A stretch of 54,848 nt of DNA from a virus (lineage: Duplodnaviria; Caudoviricetes). The position numbers and the translations under genes are program-made. The DNA is taken from positions 1 to 54,848 of IMG/VR virus record IMGVR_UViG_3300036852_000068; one strand, written 5' to 3'. Position 1 is the stretch's first letter. Every line of letters starts with the position of its first letter. Below the pieces are notes generated by a model that did not search any database, was not told the DNA's origin, and saw only the letters and a list, made by a program, of their open reading frames with translations. Shown piece by piece: positions 35,370 to 45,130 of the stretch.

Positions 35370-36809
35370 TTAATAGCTTCTCGTTCCCCACGTCTCGCTG
35401 TCTGAGTCGGAGTAGCGGGCTTTACGTTGAGCAGCTTGGTTCGCCATTGCTCCGGCTACAAAGGAATCAGGCGGATGGCCCGCGCCGCGTAAATCGTCAT
35501 TAGTACAATAGCGATGTTCACCTTCGCAGTACCTGATAGCCGGTGAAATCAACGCTCCGTTTTCTATTACTGCGATGTAGTCAGTGAACACATCGGCACG
35601 AACTTGTCCGGTTAGGACAATGCCATGAGCGGGTACGGTTAAGTAGTCATCAACAACGTTGCCGATGCCGGTTTTATCGTGGCAGGCTTTGCCTTTGTAA
35701 CGCTCTACACGCTCATTGAATTTCCGGATCATCACCGGCCAAGCCATGCGCCCTAAGCGAGTCCATGCAACGCGCTTCATTGGGCGGCAATCGGTTCGCC
35801 ATGTGTCGATTACTGTCCAGTCTTTTTCCTTTGCCCAGTCACAGCCATGAGCATAAGTTGCGCCTTCAACTGGTGGTTCAATCTCAATTAATTCTCCGGC
35901 TTTGCCATTATACTCGCCTAATGACTTCTGGAAACATAAATCAACCTTCTCAGGCAGAATTGCACGACCTTCGGGGCTTGGTTCCTGCAGGTCATACTCC
36001 GCTGCCCACATAGAGGCCGTGACCTCGCCACGCTTAGATTCAATCTCAGCCTGAGTTAGCCAGCCATCGGGTAGCGCGCTAGTTTCTTTCCAGCACCACT
36101 CTTGTACCGGCCATCCGTTTTCAGCAGCACGCTTTAAGACTTCGGTAAATGTCGCATCGGGGTAATGATGCGTTGAACTCATTACGGTCTGCTTCGCTAC
36201 CGCTGACGTTCCCATTGGTTGACCCATTGCCGCATCAAGAATCGGCAAATCCATTTCGTCAACTTCATCAAGACGCATTCGTTGTGGGTGTGGGCCACGA
36301 GCAGACTTCGTTGATGCCATAAGCGCGGTGACTAAACCACCGGATGAATAGCGCGTTCGTCGTTGTACGTTTTCCTCTGCACTTGACCACTTCTGTAAGT
36401 ATTCAAGTACACGAGTTGATTGCTCACCTGAGCCACCGAGGATGGTAACTTCAGCACCTAGCGTTAGAGCTTCACAGTGACCAAGTAAAGCAAGTAGGTA
36501 GGACTTGCCGCCGAAGCCGCGCGATGCTTTCCAAACGGTCACACCATGACGAGCAAAGTAAGCGTCAGAGAAAGCGCGAAATGGGGTTGTGTGATTTGAA
36601 CAAACTTGAACGTCAGGAATGTGAATGCGAAACGACTCAAATAAAAAGGTCTTTAGTTCTTCGTCATTCTGTGGTCGGGTTAAGCTGTTTTGGCGCTGCG
36701 GCTCTTGCTCGTTCGATTGCTTCGAGAAGTCGAATTGATTTGTCTGCCATGACTCCGTGGAGAACGGCAAGGCTATCGGCTGGCTGTTTTGTGATGTAGC
36801 TGCTCTCAC
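35370..36809 (-). CDS. terL: Terminase large subunit (start uncertain: GTG 36809 or TTG 36770)
   Basis: Walker A ASRGFGGKS, Walker B LDEVDE, SST coupling motif, nuclease GCDWAKEKDWTV, DKTGIG, HPPDSFVA. Confidence 0.92.
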   Translation of the reverse strand: MRAATSQNSQPIALPFSTESWQTNQFDFSKQSNEQEPQRQNSLTRPQNDEELKTFLFESFRIHIPDVQVCSNHTTPFRAFSDAYFARHGVTVWKASRGFGGKSYLLALLGHCEALTLGAEVTILGGSGEQSTRVLEYLQKWSSAEENVQRRTRYSSGGLVTALMASTKSARGPHPQRMRLDEVDEMDLPILDAAMGQPMGTSAVAKQTVMSSTHHYPDATFTEVLKRAAENGWPVQEWCWKETSALPDGWLTQAEIESKRGEVTASMWAAEYDLQEPSPEGRAILPEKVDLCFQKSLGEYNGKAGELIEIEPPVEGATYAHGCDWAKEKDWTVIDTWRTDCRPMKRVAWTRLGRMAWPVMIRKFNERVERYKGKACHDKTGIGNVVDDYLTVPAHGIVLTGQVRADVFTDYIAVIENGALISPAIRYCEGEHRYCTNDDLRGAGHPPDSFVAGAMANQAAQRKARYSDSDSETWGTRSY

Positions 36810-37059
36810 TTACCACTCTTGCTTGAGCTTCTAAAGCGGCAAGATTTGCGGTTAGATATCCGAATAGCAATTCCTCAATTCGCTCGCCCTTTTTAGCGCG
36901 AAGTTCCGCGAACTGCTCGGAGCTTAAAGTTTCTCGCCACTCGCGAATTGTGCTTTCCGGGAGGTTGTATTGCTCGGCGATTTCGCCCACGCCTTGCCCA
37001 GCAAGCAGCGACGCCATAACTTGAGCCTGAACTTCGTCTGAATGCTTTTTACCTCGCAC
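36664..37059 (-). CDS. terS: Terminase small subunit (HTH)
   Basis: GTG at 37059 with GGAG RBS; EIAEQYNLPESTIREWR HTH; precedes terL. Confidence 0.75.
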   Translation of the reverse strand: MRGKKHSDEVQAQVMASLLAGQGVGEIAEQYNLPESTIREWRETLSSEQFAELRAKKGERIEELLFGYLTANLAALEAQARVVSESSYITKQPADSLAVLHGVMADKSIRLLEAIERARAAAPKQLNPTTE

Positions 37060-37177
37060 TCCATCTCCGCACAACCGCCCGCGCAACTTATCACACATTA
37101 CCAGCAGGATACAAGGGGTGAACCGATTTCGGACGGTTGAGACGGTCACATTGAACGGGTTATTTAGTTGATTTAGG

Positions 37178-37206
37178 TTGACAAGCGTATCGTCTAGGCG
37201 TATCGT
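37178..37206 (+). promoter_or_regulatory. Early promoter with direct-repeat operator
   Basis: TTGACA-17-TATCGT; GCGTATCGT repeated at 37185 and 37198; ATG 9 nt after the -10 box. Confidence 0.7.
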
Positions 37207-37215
37207 GTTCACGCA

Positions 37216-37452
37216 ATGACGAACACCAACCAAGCCGAACGATGCTTTGCCTGTGGGAAAAAGTTGCGACGGAGTATTAGTCAAGCCGTACGGCCTGAGG
37301 CGATAACCAGCGACTTAGCGCAAATTGTTCGCGTCGGTTCAGACTGCTGGAAGCTTATTGCTCGCAGTGGTGACGCAGGTTATCAGCCGCCACGCGGAGG
37401 CCCGCGCTTATTAGTGCTGACGGCTGAGCGCGAAAGGATATTCAATCAGTGA
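37216..37452 (+). CDS. Zinc-binding hypothetical protein
   Basis: CFACGKKL...VGSDCWK; near-leaderless start. Confidence 0.65.
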   Translation: MTNTNQAERCFACGKKLRRSISQAVRPEAITSDLAQIVRVGSDCWKLIARSGDAGYQPPRGGPRLLVLTAERERIFNQ

Positions 37453-37622
37453 CTACTACACAACAACTAGCAAAGGAACTACGCATTAGCCAGCGGGCGA
37501 TTCAGAACCGCATCCTGCGACTGGGATTGAAAGTGCAGAAAGCTGGAAATGCGTTTGTGCTGACAGCGACACAGGCGCAGGCGGTGAGGGATTACAACAA
37601 CAGCAAGAAGGAGAATCGGTAA
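37449..37622 (+). CDS. 57-aa Xis/MerR-like HTH protein (not in ORF track)
   Basis: MTTTQQLAKELRISQRAIQNRILRLGLKVQKAGNAFVLTATQAQAVR; GTGA overlap. Confidence 0.7.
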   Translation: MTTTQQLAKELRISQRAIQNRILRLGLKVQKAGNAFVLTATQAQAVRDYNNSKKENR

Positions 37623-37838
37623 ATGCTTAGTCCGAAAACACTAGAGCGGGTTTCAGTTTCTTATCGCCGCGGTTATTACGATGGTTATGACGGAAAAGCT
37701 GTTGACAATCCTGCGCGCGATCCGTTTGACCGACCATTTGCAAACTTCGATTACGATCAAGGCTACAAGGCAGGTGCAAGCGATAAGAAATGGTATCTCA
37801 AGCGTCAGCAGGACAACACACCGGCAACAGGAGAGTGA
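37623..37838 (+). CDS. Hypothetical protein (YRRGYYDGY...YDQGYKAG)
   Basis: AAGGAG RBS. Confidence 0.65.
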   Translation: MLSPKTLERVSVSYRRGYYDGYDGKAVDNPARDPFDRPFANFDYDQGYKAGASDKKWYLKRQQDNTPATGE

Positions 37839-37839
37839 A

Positions 37840-38052
37840 ATGACAATAGATCAACTGCCACAACTAGAGCGGGTGTTTTACTTGAAAAACTACGAAAACG
37901 GTCGATTCATTCGTGAAGCATTCTCGCGCATGACGCAAGCCGAGCGCGATGAAGTTGACAGCGTTTTAGTTGAAGTTGGCCACCCATTGGCATTTGAGCC
38001 GGGGACACAAGAATCTCGGATCGTCGCATTGGTTAAGGAGTTTGGGCGGTAG
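37840..38052 (+). CDS. Hypothetical protein, paralog A
   Basis: AGGAG RBS; 57 of 70 aa identical to 38375..38620. Confidence 0.75.
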   Translation: MTIDQLPQLERVFYLKNYENGRFIREAFSRMTQAERDEVDSVLVEVGHPLAFEPGTQESRIVALVKEFGR

Positions 38053-38141
38053 CAAGCAATCGACGGAGCAATCATCTTGGTAAGCAGGCGGCAAATTCTG
38101 AGATTGCCGCCACGTGCCAAGAGCACGAGAAGGCTTAAACA

Positions 38142-38339
38142 ATGACAACCAAATGCCCACAATGCGGAAGGCGCTGTCACCCTAAATCATTTCGCGGCAG
38201 CAAGCCATATCTCTACGATAAGGTTAAGCCATCGGAGGTAGAGCAAAGGGCAAGCGACAAGATAGGTGTTCCGATTGAGCGATACGAGATTCACAAATGC
38301 AATCGGAAGAACAGCAAGGCAGGCAGCCTCACACTCTGA
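38142..38339 (+). CDS. Small Cys-containing hypothetical protein
   Basis: CPQCG...HKC. Confidence 0.55.
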   Translation: MTTKCPQCGRRCHPKSFRGSKPYLYDKVKPSEVEQRASDKIGVPIERYEIHKCNRKNSKAGSLTL

Positions 38340-38374
38340 GGTTGCTACGTACCTAAGCACAAACTAAAGGAGAT

Positions 38375-38620
38375 ATGACGATGACGATAGATCAGCTACC
38401 ACAATTAAGGCGCGTATTCTACCTTACACGCTATGAAAATGGACGTTTCCTCCGTGAAGCGCCATCACGTATGACACAAGCCGAACGCGACGAGATTGAT
38501 CGCGTGCTGGTCGAGGTTGCGCATCCGCTCGCGTGGGAAGCCGGAACACAAGAATCGCGAATCATTGCAATAGTGAAGGAGTTTGGCGCATCGGGGCTGT
38601 CAGACGTAAGGGCTGACTGA
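38375..38620 (+). CDS. Hypothetical protein, paralog B
   Basis: AAAGGAG RBS; paralog of 37840..38052. Confidence 0.75.
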   Translation: MTMTIDQLPQLRRVFYLTRYENGRFLREAPSRMTQAERDEIDRVLVEVAHPLAWEAGTQESRIIAIVKEFGASGLSDVRAD

Positions 38621-38733
38621 TTTCAGGGGACGCGGGGTAGCCTGAATAAGCAACGACAAAAAGCCCGCACAGTTTCACCGCGACCGCTGGGGCGCTATCC
38701 TTAACACGGTAAATGAGAAAGGAAAAACACGAA

Positions 38734-38889
38734 ATGACTGGAGCTAAGAACTACGCGCAAGAGCCGTCATCCTATTGCGACATCGACGGCTATCCGTTAA
38801 GCGATGATGGTTCGTGTGACCGTTGCGAGAGAAGCGCGGCGGCTGAGCAAGCGGAAGATGACGCTGACGACATGGAGTACGAAGCATGA
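38734..38889 (+). CDS. 51-aa acidic Cys-containing mini-protein (not in ORF track)
   Basis: MTGAKNYAQEPSSYCDIDGYPLSDDGSCDRCERSAAAEQAEDDADDMEYEA; AAAGGA RBS. Confidence 0.6.
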   Translation: MTGAKNYAQEPSSYCDIDGYPLSDDGSCDRCERSAAAEQAEDDADDMEYEA

Positions 38890-39094
38890 GCCTGATTAGA
38901 TTTCCACTTAAGTTACCGCCTGTTCGCCGCAGATGTGAGCCATGGCTGGCAGTCATCGCCAGAGGGCTTGCCCTTATACTAGCTCTGGGACTGATTCTGG
39001 TAGCAATAGCCCCATGGGAAGGGTAGAACGGCGCACAAGGCGATTCTGACGCAGGAAGCGCTATCACAGACTGGGTTGAGAGGCGGATTGAAAT

Positions 39095-39517
39095 ATGAAA
39101 CGCAGGCAAGTGTGGCGGTACAGTTGTGAGTTTTGCAAAAAGTCGAATTGTTCGGGTTCGGCCATCGCTAAGCATGAAGAACGGTGTACGCTCAACCCAA
39201 ATCGCGTGTGTGGCGTGTGCAAAATGCTTGAGCAGCCACAATCCGATCTTCCGGCTATCATTGCTTTGCTGCCTAAACCTATCCTTTACCGAGAGAGTGA
39301 CAACGGCGACACGTTGACGTGGCCGGAAGGCTTTGATGTAAGCACAGCATTCGGAACGGCTCGCGTGAAAGCTCGTAACTGTCCAGCGTGTTTGCTCGCT
39401 GCAATCCGTCAAGCAAAGATTCCAGTACCGTTGTTTTCATCAGACTTCAATTACACTGAAGAATGCAAAGCAGTCTGGGCAAAAATCAACGAGGAGGATC
39501 AAACACCGTGGCTATAA
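39095..39517 (+). CDS. Cys-rich hypothetical phage protein
   Basis: YSCEFCKK...HEERCTLNPNRVCGVC...CPACLLAAIRQ. Confidence 0.7.
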   Translation: MKRRQVWRYSCEFCKKSNCSGSAIAKHEERCTLNPNRVCGVCKMLEQPQSDLPAIIALLPKPILYRESDNGDTLTWPEGFDVSTAFGTARVKARNCPACLLAAIRQAKIPVPLFSSDFNYTEECKAVWAKINEEDQTPWL

Positions 39518-39758
39518 CCAAACTCCACCTGATTGACGGCGATGAACCAACCCGTGAGATGGTTGCTATAGCGAAAATCGAGCAGAATCAATCCGAGTGG
39601 GCCGGGCCGTGCGGTAAGACAGATGGGTGGAAGCCAATTGAGACAGCCGCCGACAGCCCGCTTCCCGTCGATGAGGTGCAGCGTAAATCGTACAAGGTGA
39701 TTGTGATTGATAGTCCAATACCGCTGTGGCGACGGATACTACGATGGAGGAAAACGAG

Positions 39759-40151
39759 ATGAGCAGACATAGTGAACGAAAGCAGTTAAGGCGCAAGTCG
39801 CGCAGGCGGATTGCGGATAAAACCAGTGACGCGATTATGGCGATCTACGAACGCGCTAAGCAAGGCGGCTCCGAGGATTATTTAGCGATCAATCAACCCA
39901 GCGAGCCGGAGCGGGTTGCGAAGATTCAGGCTGAGGCTCAAGAGCGGCGGGATAGACGGCCCCAGAAGTCACGGCAGTTTGTTCCTACCCATCGGGCGGT
40001 TGCTACGCCTAAAAACGCGCCACGCGGCAATTACAAGCGATTGGCAAGCGGTCAAGTAGTCGGCCACCCTGAACCAATGCGGACAGTTAAAGAGCGAGCA
40101 CGTCAGTCGCGGTTACGGCGAAGGGCCGCGTTCAGGAAAGCGAAAGCATGA
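39759..40151 (+). CDS. Very basic Arg-rich hypothetical protein
   Basis: GGAGG RBS before ATG 39759. Confidence 0.6.
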   Translation: MSRHSERKQLRRKSRRRIADKTSDAIMAIYERAKQGGSEDYLAINQPSEPERVAKIQAEAQERRDRRPQKSRQFVPTHRAVATPKNAPRGNYKRLASGQVVGHPEPMRTVKERARQSRLRRRAAFRKAKA

Positions 40152-40291
40152 ACAACTCAATGAGAAAATGGAATAAGGTACTAAACACACGAAACCCGCC
40201 AACCAGCCCGCCACTAATCCGCTGCCTCGCACTTTTCCTGCTGTCCATAGCTCCCACCAGCATCAAGCACGGCAATCGGTCACATTGACAC

Positions 40292-40320
40292 TGGACTCAG
40301 CAAGCGGCTTGCTGTAGGAT
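40292..40320 (+). promoter_or_regulatory. Leaderless promoter whose spacer is a perfect palindrome
   Basis: TGGACT-CAGCAAGCGGCTTGCTG-TAGGAT-7 nt-ATG 40328. Confidence 0.65.
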
Positions 40321-40327
40321 TCTGGAC

Positions 40328-42065
40328 ATGGCAAACACAAAGACACAGCTTGAGTCCACGATGATTCGCCGCACGATGCATTCTTTGGTTTCTGGCTGCG
40401 TTGACTCGGATACGCGCGAAGTCAATCGTACTCAGCTTGCGGAGAACACCGCGCACGCTCTTAACCATGATGAGTGGTTGGACGACTCAGATCATATCCT
40501 CTGGGACTTTGCCATTGACGTGGCCGAAGCCTACGAACGGAGGGCCGCATGAGCGAGATTGACGCCGCCATTCTCCAATGGCGCAAGGTTGCACAACAGG
40601 AGCGTGAACGGGTGGCTCTGGGATTGACCTACGGATGCGACCACGTGGCCCTCCACAATGCCGAGCTCTACGAAGATACGGCCCGATCCTTAGAGATTGA
40701 ACGTGATACTGGCGTCGCTGTTTGCAACTCCTGCTTCAAGCCCCTTAACGCAACGCGAGATCGACGTGGTTATCATTCCTGCGTAGGCTAAGAATATGGC
40801 AACCAAAACTACCGTTATACTGGGGAATTCAACACGGAAGGCGAGAACATTATGACAAACCAAACAGAACAACCTTTACGCTTCCAAGTCTTTTTTAGCG
40901 GCAGGCCGGGAACGGAACCAGAGCGTTATTTATGTTCTGAGTGGGCAACCCGCGACGCCGCCGAGGGGTGGATTGAATCAGCGGAACACTTTGGCGGAAC
41001 ATTCGAACTGATTGACACTGGCTCTGTGCTTGCAAGGAGAGAAGATGATTGACGTATTGACACCACTACCAAACGGGCGAATTGCTCTGCAATCCGATCC
41101 TGACGATTCAGATTTCTACGCGAATCGCGCGGTCGAGAACTTCATTACAGGCGGCCCGCGTTTCCGTAAAGGAATGGTAGTTGAGCGAACAGCTTTAGCT
41201 CGCGGCACGTTGCGGGCGATGGGAATGTCTGAATTAGCCTCGCAGCGCGGTGTTTATACCGGCAAGGCGACGGGCAAATTCAAGGGCTGCATTCTCATTC
41301 GGATTAGAGGTTCACGTAAGGCTGAACCATTCGCGCCTGAACTTTGGCAGCCAATTCGCTAACTTAGAAAAGCAATAGTTGATTAATGACAACTAGACTG
41401 ATACAGCCCGACTATCAGCCAGAGGACTTCAAGGCGCATCCGATTTGTCCGTCCTGTCGGCACACTGGGCCAGTGAGAGACGGGAAGTGTCGCTATGTAA
41501 TCGACAATCAAGGCGGGGAGTGTGGTTGCCCTTGTTACGTTCACAGTGAGACTCCGGTTTATCACCAACTACTGGATGAACTAGAAGCGGAAAAGGAAGA
41601 AGCGCTGCGACTTGTAAAAGCAATCTCTTCTGCACGGGACGAACTTGCTATTGAACTCGATACCAAAAACGCTTTGCTGCAAATAGCAAATCAGGAAATC
41701 CAGCGATTAAACCGTGAACTCTGCGAAAGGGAGAGAGAGAACGAGTCCATGTATCAGCCGCTACGACGCGATTGAGGCGTGGAACCTTCAGGTTGAGGAT
41801 CATAACCGGGAAAGGAGCCGCGATGAAACAATGTGAAGGCTGTGGCCAGCAAACGCTTACTGAGCTGGCATGGTTAATCGAGGGCGATAGTTGTTATTGG
41901 GACGGCCGTTACACAGATAGTCGCGGCTTCACGCGCGACGTAAACGACGCGGTTCGATTTGTCCGCCACCAAGACGCTGACGTGGTGAAACATTGGCTAA
42001 TGCAGGGTTGTGCGTTTGCACTGAGAACCACACAACACGGTTGGAGCAACGGGGAACCAACATGA
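40328..42065 (+). other. Cluster of small hypothetical early genes (40328-40552, 40549-40791, 40852-41052, ~41045-41362, 41386-41775, ~41823-42065)
   Basis: Tightly packed co-oriented ORFs with overlapping start/stop codons; no recognisable domains. Confidence 0.6.
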
Positions 42066-42307
42066 TGAAACCCGAAGGTGCTATGTACTGCCCGCGATGC
42101 GAAGGAACCGGGGTAATTCCAGATCCGCGATTCCACGGCGCAGAGGCTCGCAAGCGCAGGCTCAAAACTGGCATTCCATTGCGGGAAATGGCGCGACGTA
42201 TGAGTTTGAGCGCTGCCTATCTTTCCGATTTGGAACTAGGGCGGCGTGGCTGGCGGGAGGAACTGCAGCATCGGTATGTCAAAGCACTGAGACAAAGCCA
42301 TGATTAA
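42062..42307 (+). CDS. XRE-family HTH protein with N-terminal CxxCxGxG
   Basis: RLKTGIPLREMARRMSLSAAYLSDLELGRR. Confidence 0.8.
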   Translation: MMKPEGAMYCPRCEGTGVIPDPRFHGAEARKRRLKTGIPLREMARRMSLSAAYLSDLELGRRGWREELQHRYVKALRQSHD

Positions 42308-42337
42308 AAAACACGCGGACACGAAGAGCATTCAAAC

Positions 42338-43021
42338 ATGAAATACGAACTAACGGACACAGAGGCGGTTTTGCTGGACGGGCAAGTTAGCGACGCTGCT
42401 CAGGGCCTCGTAAGCGCAGCGAAGGCGCGGATCGCGGCGGCATCGGCCTATCCTGAATTGACGGAACGAGAAGCGGGATTCATTGCTGATGTAGTTACGG
42501 AAGCTCACAAGGAGCTACTACTCGCGCATCGCAGTGAATATGTTCAACGCTGCCCGGTTTGTGAGAAGGACGCGGGTTATCACATTCGCACTCGCACTTC
42601 ACGCAACGGGCGCAGAGGCCAACCCGACAGGTCAAAGCCCAAGCTCTTTCGTGCGTTTGAATTTCACGAGAGCTTCATCACTATCAAGAACCGTGTTTAC
42701 CTCGGCTGCTGTAGTGACTGTTTTGCTCGCGTAAAACCTTATCTAGCTGAAGCCCTAAAAGACGTTAAAGCACAAATTCCTTCGTGCATCACCGGACACA
42801 AACCGACGTATCTCAGAAGCAAAAAGATGCACTGCAAAAAGTGCGAATGGATCGGACTGGAAAGCGAGATGGGCAGGTTGTCATCAATAATAGGGAACGG
42901 CTGGTATCCGGGCAAATGTCCGCAATGCGGTGCAGAGAATCAACTATTCACTACAAACATTGAGACGGTCGTTCCGATTGAATACGCGGTCGTGGTTAAT
43001 AAAGAAGGGCGCGATTACTGA
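42338..43021 (+). CDS. Cys-rich hypothetical protein
   Basis: 227 aa with several CxxC pairs. Confidence 0.7.
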   Translation: MKYELTDTEAVLLDGQVSDAAQGLVSAAKARIAAASAYPELTEREAGFIADVVTEAHKELLLAHRSEYVQRCPVCEKDAGYHIRTRTSRNGRRGQPDRSKPKLFRAFEFHESFITIKNRVYLGCCSDCFARVKPYLAEALKDVKAQIPSCITGHKPTYLRSKKMHCKKCEWIGLESEMGRLSSIIGNGWYPGKCPQCGAENQLFTTNIETVVPIEYAVVVNKEGRDY

Positions 43022-43055
43022 GTGTGATTGGGACGAATGTGTGGCAATTAAAGCG

Positions 43056-43304
43056 ATGAATCCTAAAACCATCCGCAAAGTCATGGCCGAACTCGGCCGC
43101 CGGGGCGGTTCTAAAACCTCAACCGCCAAAAAGAAAGCCGCAGCCAAGAGTCTCAAGAAAGCCCGCGCAGTCCGCTGGCCACAACATCACGCCCACACTC
43201 GGCATCTGTGCAGGCGGTGTCTAGGTGAGGTGACGGATGTAGATAGGAAGGCTGGAGAATGCACCCAGTGTGGCTTTGAAATCAGGAAAACAAAACTTGT
43301 ATAG
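43056..43304 (+). CDS. Basic KGG-like motif protein with C-terminal zinc ribbon
   Basis: MAELGRRGGSKTSTAKKKAAAKSLKKARAVRW...CRRC...CTQC. Confidence 0.6.
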   Translation: MNPKTIRKVMAELGRRGGSKTSTAKKKAAAKSLKKARAVRWPQHHAHTRHLCRRCLGEVTDVDRKAGECTQCGFEIRKTKLV

Positions 43305-43496
43305 ACCCTATTCAACGCGTAACTGTTGTATATAAAAGTTTTAAACGCAATTCGACCCCTCAAACTCGATTTCGTGCCATAGCCTTAACCGATGTAACCT
43401 ATAGAGCGCGTTACTACTTAACCCTTGTGTTTGATTTGCGGACAGTGCCAATCTCGATGCTGTTTCGAGGCTGTTTAACACTTTCCGGCTAAATAC

Positions 43497-43526
43497 TTGA
43501 CATGTAAACCGTTAAGGTGTTACTGT
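43497..43526 (+). promoter_or_regulatory. Leaderless promoter
   Basis: TTGACA-18-TACTGT with extended TG; ATG 7 nt later. Confidence 0.65.
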
Positions 43527-43533
43527 GTTTGAC

Positions 43534-43689
43534 ATGGAAAACAAATCAGTAAAAACTCAAATCAGCCTGCGTTTGACTGAGGAAGGCCAGCGTTTACTTG
43601 CACTGCTGGCTGAGAGTCGCGGGATAAGTAAAGCAGCTATGATGGAAATACTCATCCGCGACGCTGCGCAAAACGAGGGAGTAGATTAA
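43534..43689 (+). CDS. 51-aa ribbon-helix-helix regulator (not in ORF track)
   Basis: MENKSVKTQISLRLTEEGQRLLALLAESRGISKAAMMEILIRDAAQNEGVD. Confidence 0.8.
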   Translation: MENKSVKTQISLRLTEEGQRLLALLAESRGISKAAMMEILIRDAAQNEGVD

Positions 43690-43690
43690 G

Positions 43691-43951
43691 ATGATCTACT
43701 TTATTCGAGTTGCGGGAGCCGCCTTTACAAAAATCGGACGCGCCGTGGATGTAAAGAGCCGATTGTCTAATTTGCAAAATGCACATTATCAGCAACTAGA
43801 ATTACTGGTCACCGTCGAATCGCAGGTTTACCCGCGTTGCTTAGGCAAATTAAACAGCGACCTTGAAATCGGTCGAATTGACCGCTTGAAGGTGGTATTG
43901 CGAGGCGCTTTTAACCGAGTCAGGGATAACAAAATGGCCGCGATCTTCTAG
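43691..43951 (+). pseudogene. T5orf172/GIY-YIG-like nuclease, apparently truncated
   Basis: MIYFI...KIG...V.SRL.NLQ...LELL present; the expected LH...GEWF tail is absent; the second half overlaps the helicase antisense. Confidence 0.55.
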
Positions 43952-44908
43952 TCGATAAAGGCCAGCAAGCGCCCAATTAAAGATAGCTTGACCGGATGAT
44001 TTCACTTGTTCTTTGATAGCGAGGTTTCGTTCGGATTCTGGCAATTCTGCAAACTCGATTACCTTAATGCGACGACTAAGACCAGTGGCGGATTTCGAGA
44101 TGACCGGAAACTCGTTCATCGCCCAAAGGATTTTGACGTGCGGGACAACTTCGTAGGGGTCTTTGTATTTGCGATTCACTACCAAGCGTTCGCCTGAGAT
44201 AAGCTGGATGATTACGTGTCCGGCGCGCATCTGTTCAGGCTGCTCGGTAGATACGGCCAATGTTTTACCGGGAAGGTTAGTAAGGCCAAAGCTGGAATTT
44301 TCAATATCACTGATGCCGAGAACCATTGCACGCGAGCCTAACGCGGATTGTAACCCTTCGATGAATGTGCTCTTGCCGCATCCGGGCGGCCCATATAACC
44401 ATAAAGCGATTTCGTGATGCGTGTCCGTTGTTAAAGCTAGCCCCGCAAATTCCTGCACGAAATCATAAACGTCCGACTTGAACACTCGCCGCAAATACAT
44501 TTCCCAAACATCGGAACGAGCGTAAGGGTCATACTTGAATGGAAACGCGCTGGTTAGATAGTGAGACGGATCGTGCTTTAACTGCTCACGCGTGGAAATC
44601 TTTAAAGTGCAATCAGCAAAGGTTACATAATCCGTTTCACGGTCAAACAAACCATCTTCTTTAGATACCTTGATGCGAATCAATTCAGCGACGCTTTTCA
44701 GTGTAGTAGACGACGCTGAGAGTTTCAGACTACGCTCTTTGTCAATAAGGTCTTGGATGCTCTGCATGATTTTATCTTCACGCCAGATTTCCCAGACGCG
44801 ACCGTTAAACCGCAACCATGACCCTGAACTGTAAGCAGTCTGCGGATAGAGACGGCAATACTTATCACGGATGAAAGTCTGAGGCTGATCACGGGTGGCT
44901 CGTGGCAT
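43850..44908 (-). CDS. P4/D5-family SF3 helicase (no primase domain)
   Basis: D5_N-like region, Walker A LYGPPGCGKST, ISGERLVVNRKYKDP, AMNEFP, RRIKVIEF. Confidence 0.88.
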   Translation of the reverse strand: MPRATRDQPQTFIRDKYCRLYPQTAYSSGSWLRFNGRVWEIWREDKIMQSIQDLIDKERSLKLSASSTTLKSVAELIRIKVSKEDGLFDRETDYVTFADCTLKISTREQLKHDPSHYLTSAFPFKYDPYARSDVWEMYLRRVFKSDVYDFVQEFAGLALTTDTHHEIALWLYGPPGCGKSTFIEGLQSALGSRAMVLGISDIENSSFGLTNLPGKTLAVSTEQPEQMRAGHVIIQLISGERLVVNRKYKDPYEVVPHVKILWAMNEFPVISKSATGLSRRIKVIEFAELPESERNLAIKEQVKSSGQAIFNWALAGLYRLEDRGHFVIPDSVKSASQYHLQAVNSTDFKVAV

Positions 44909-44917
44909 TTGTCTCGG

Positions 44918-45130
44918 TCAGTACGAGATTCGAGAGTTGTTAAGTATGTCGCAAAGCGCAAGTAGCGCGTGAACTTGTGCTGTTTTTAGTAAAAGCCTAA
45001 CGCGCTCAACATCATTAAGAGCAGGTGTCAGGGCTTCCGTCGAATCTTCTGCTTCGGCTAATAAGTGCTTGGCAGAAGAGAGGTGATCCCAACTAAGCAA
45101 CGGCTTTTCGTTTTCCATTAGTTTCAGCAC
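44918..45130 (-). CDS. Hypothetical protein (AQVHALLAL motif)
   Basis: Between the HTH and helicase genes. Confidence 0.6.
   Translation of the reverse strand: MLKLMENEKPLLSWDHLSSAKHLLAEAEDSTEALTPALNDVERVRLLLKTAQVHALLALCDILNNSRISY

Noticed and set aside
37060-37284. N-terminal extension of terS given in the ORF track
   Set aside because: Runs through the divergent promoter region; an RBS supports GTG 37059.
37840-38620. Diversity-generating retroelement TR/VR pair
   Set aside because: Differences are not adenine-specific, both copies are whole genes, and no reverse transcriptase is present.
38621-38733. tRNA in the intergenic gap
   Set aside because: Only a simple hairpin; no T-loop GTTC or cloverleaf.
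38744-39412. 222-aa minus-strand ORF
   Set aside because: Overlaps several better-supported plus-strand genes.
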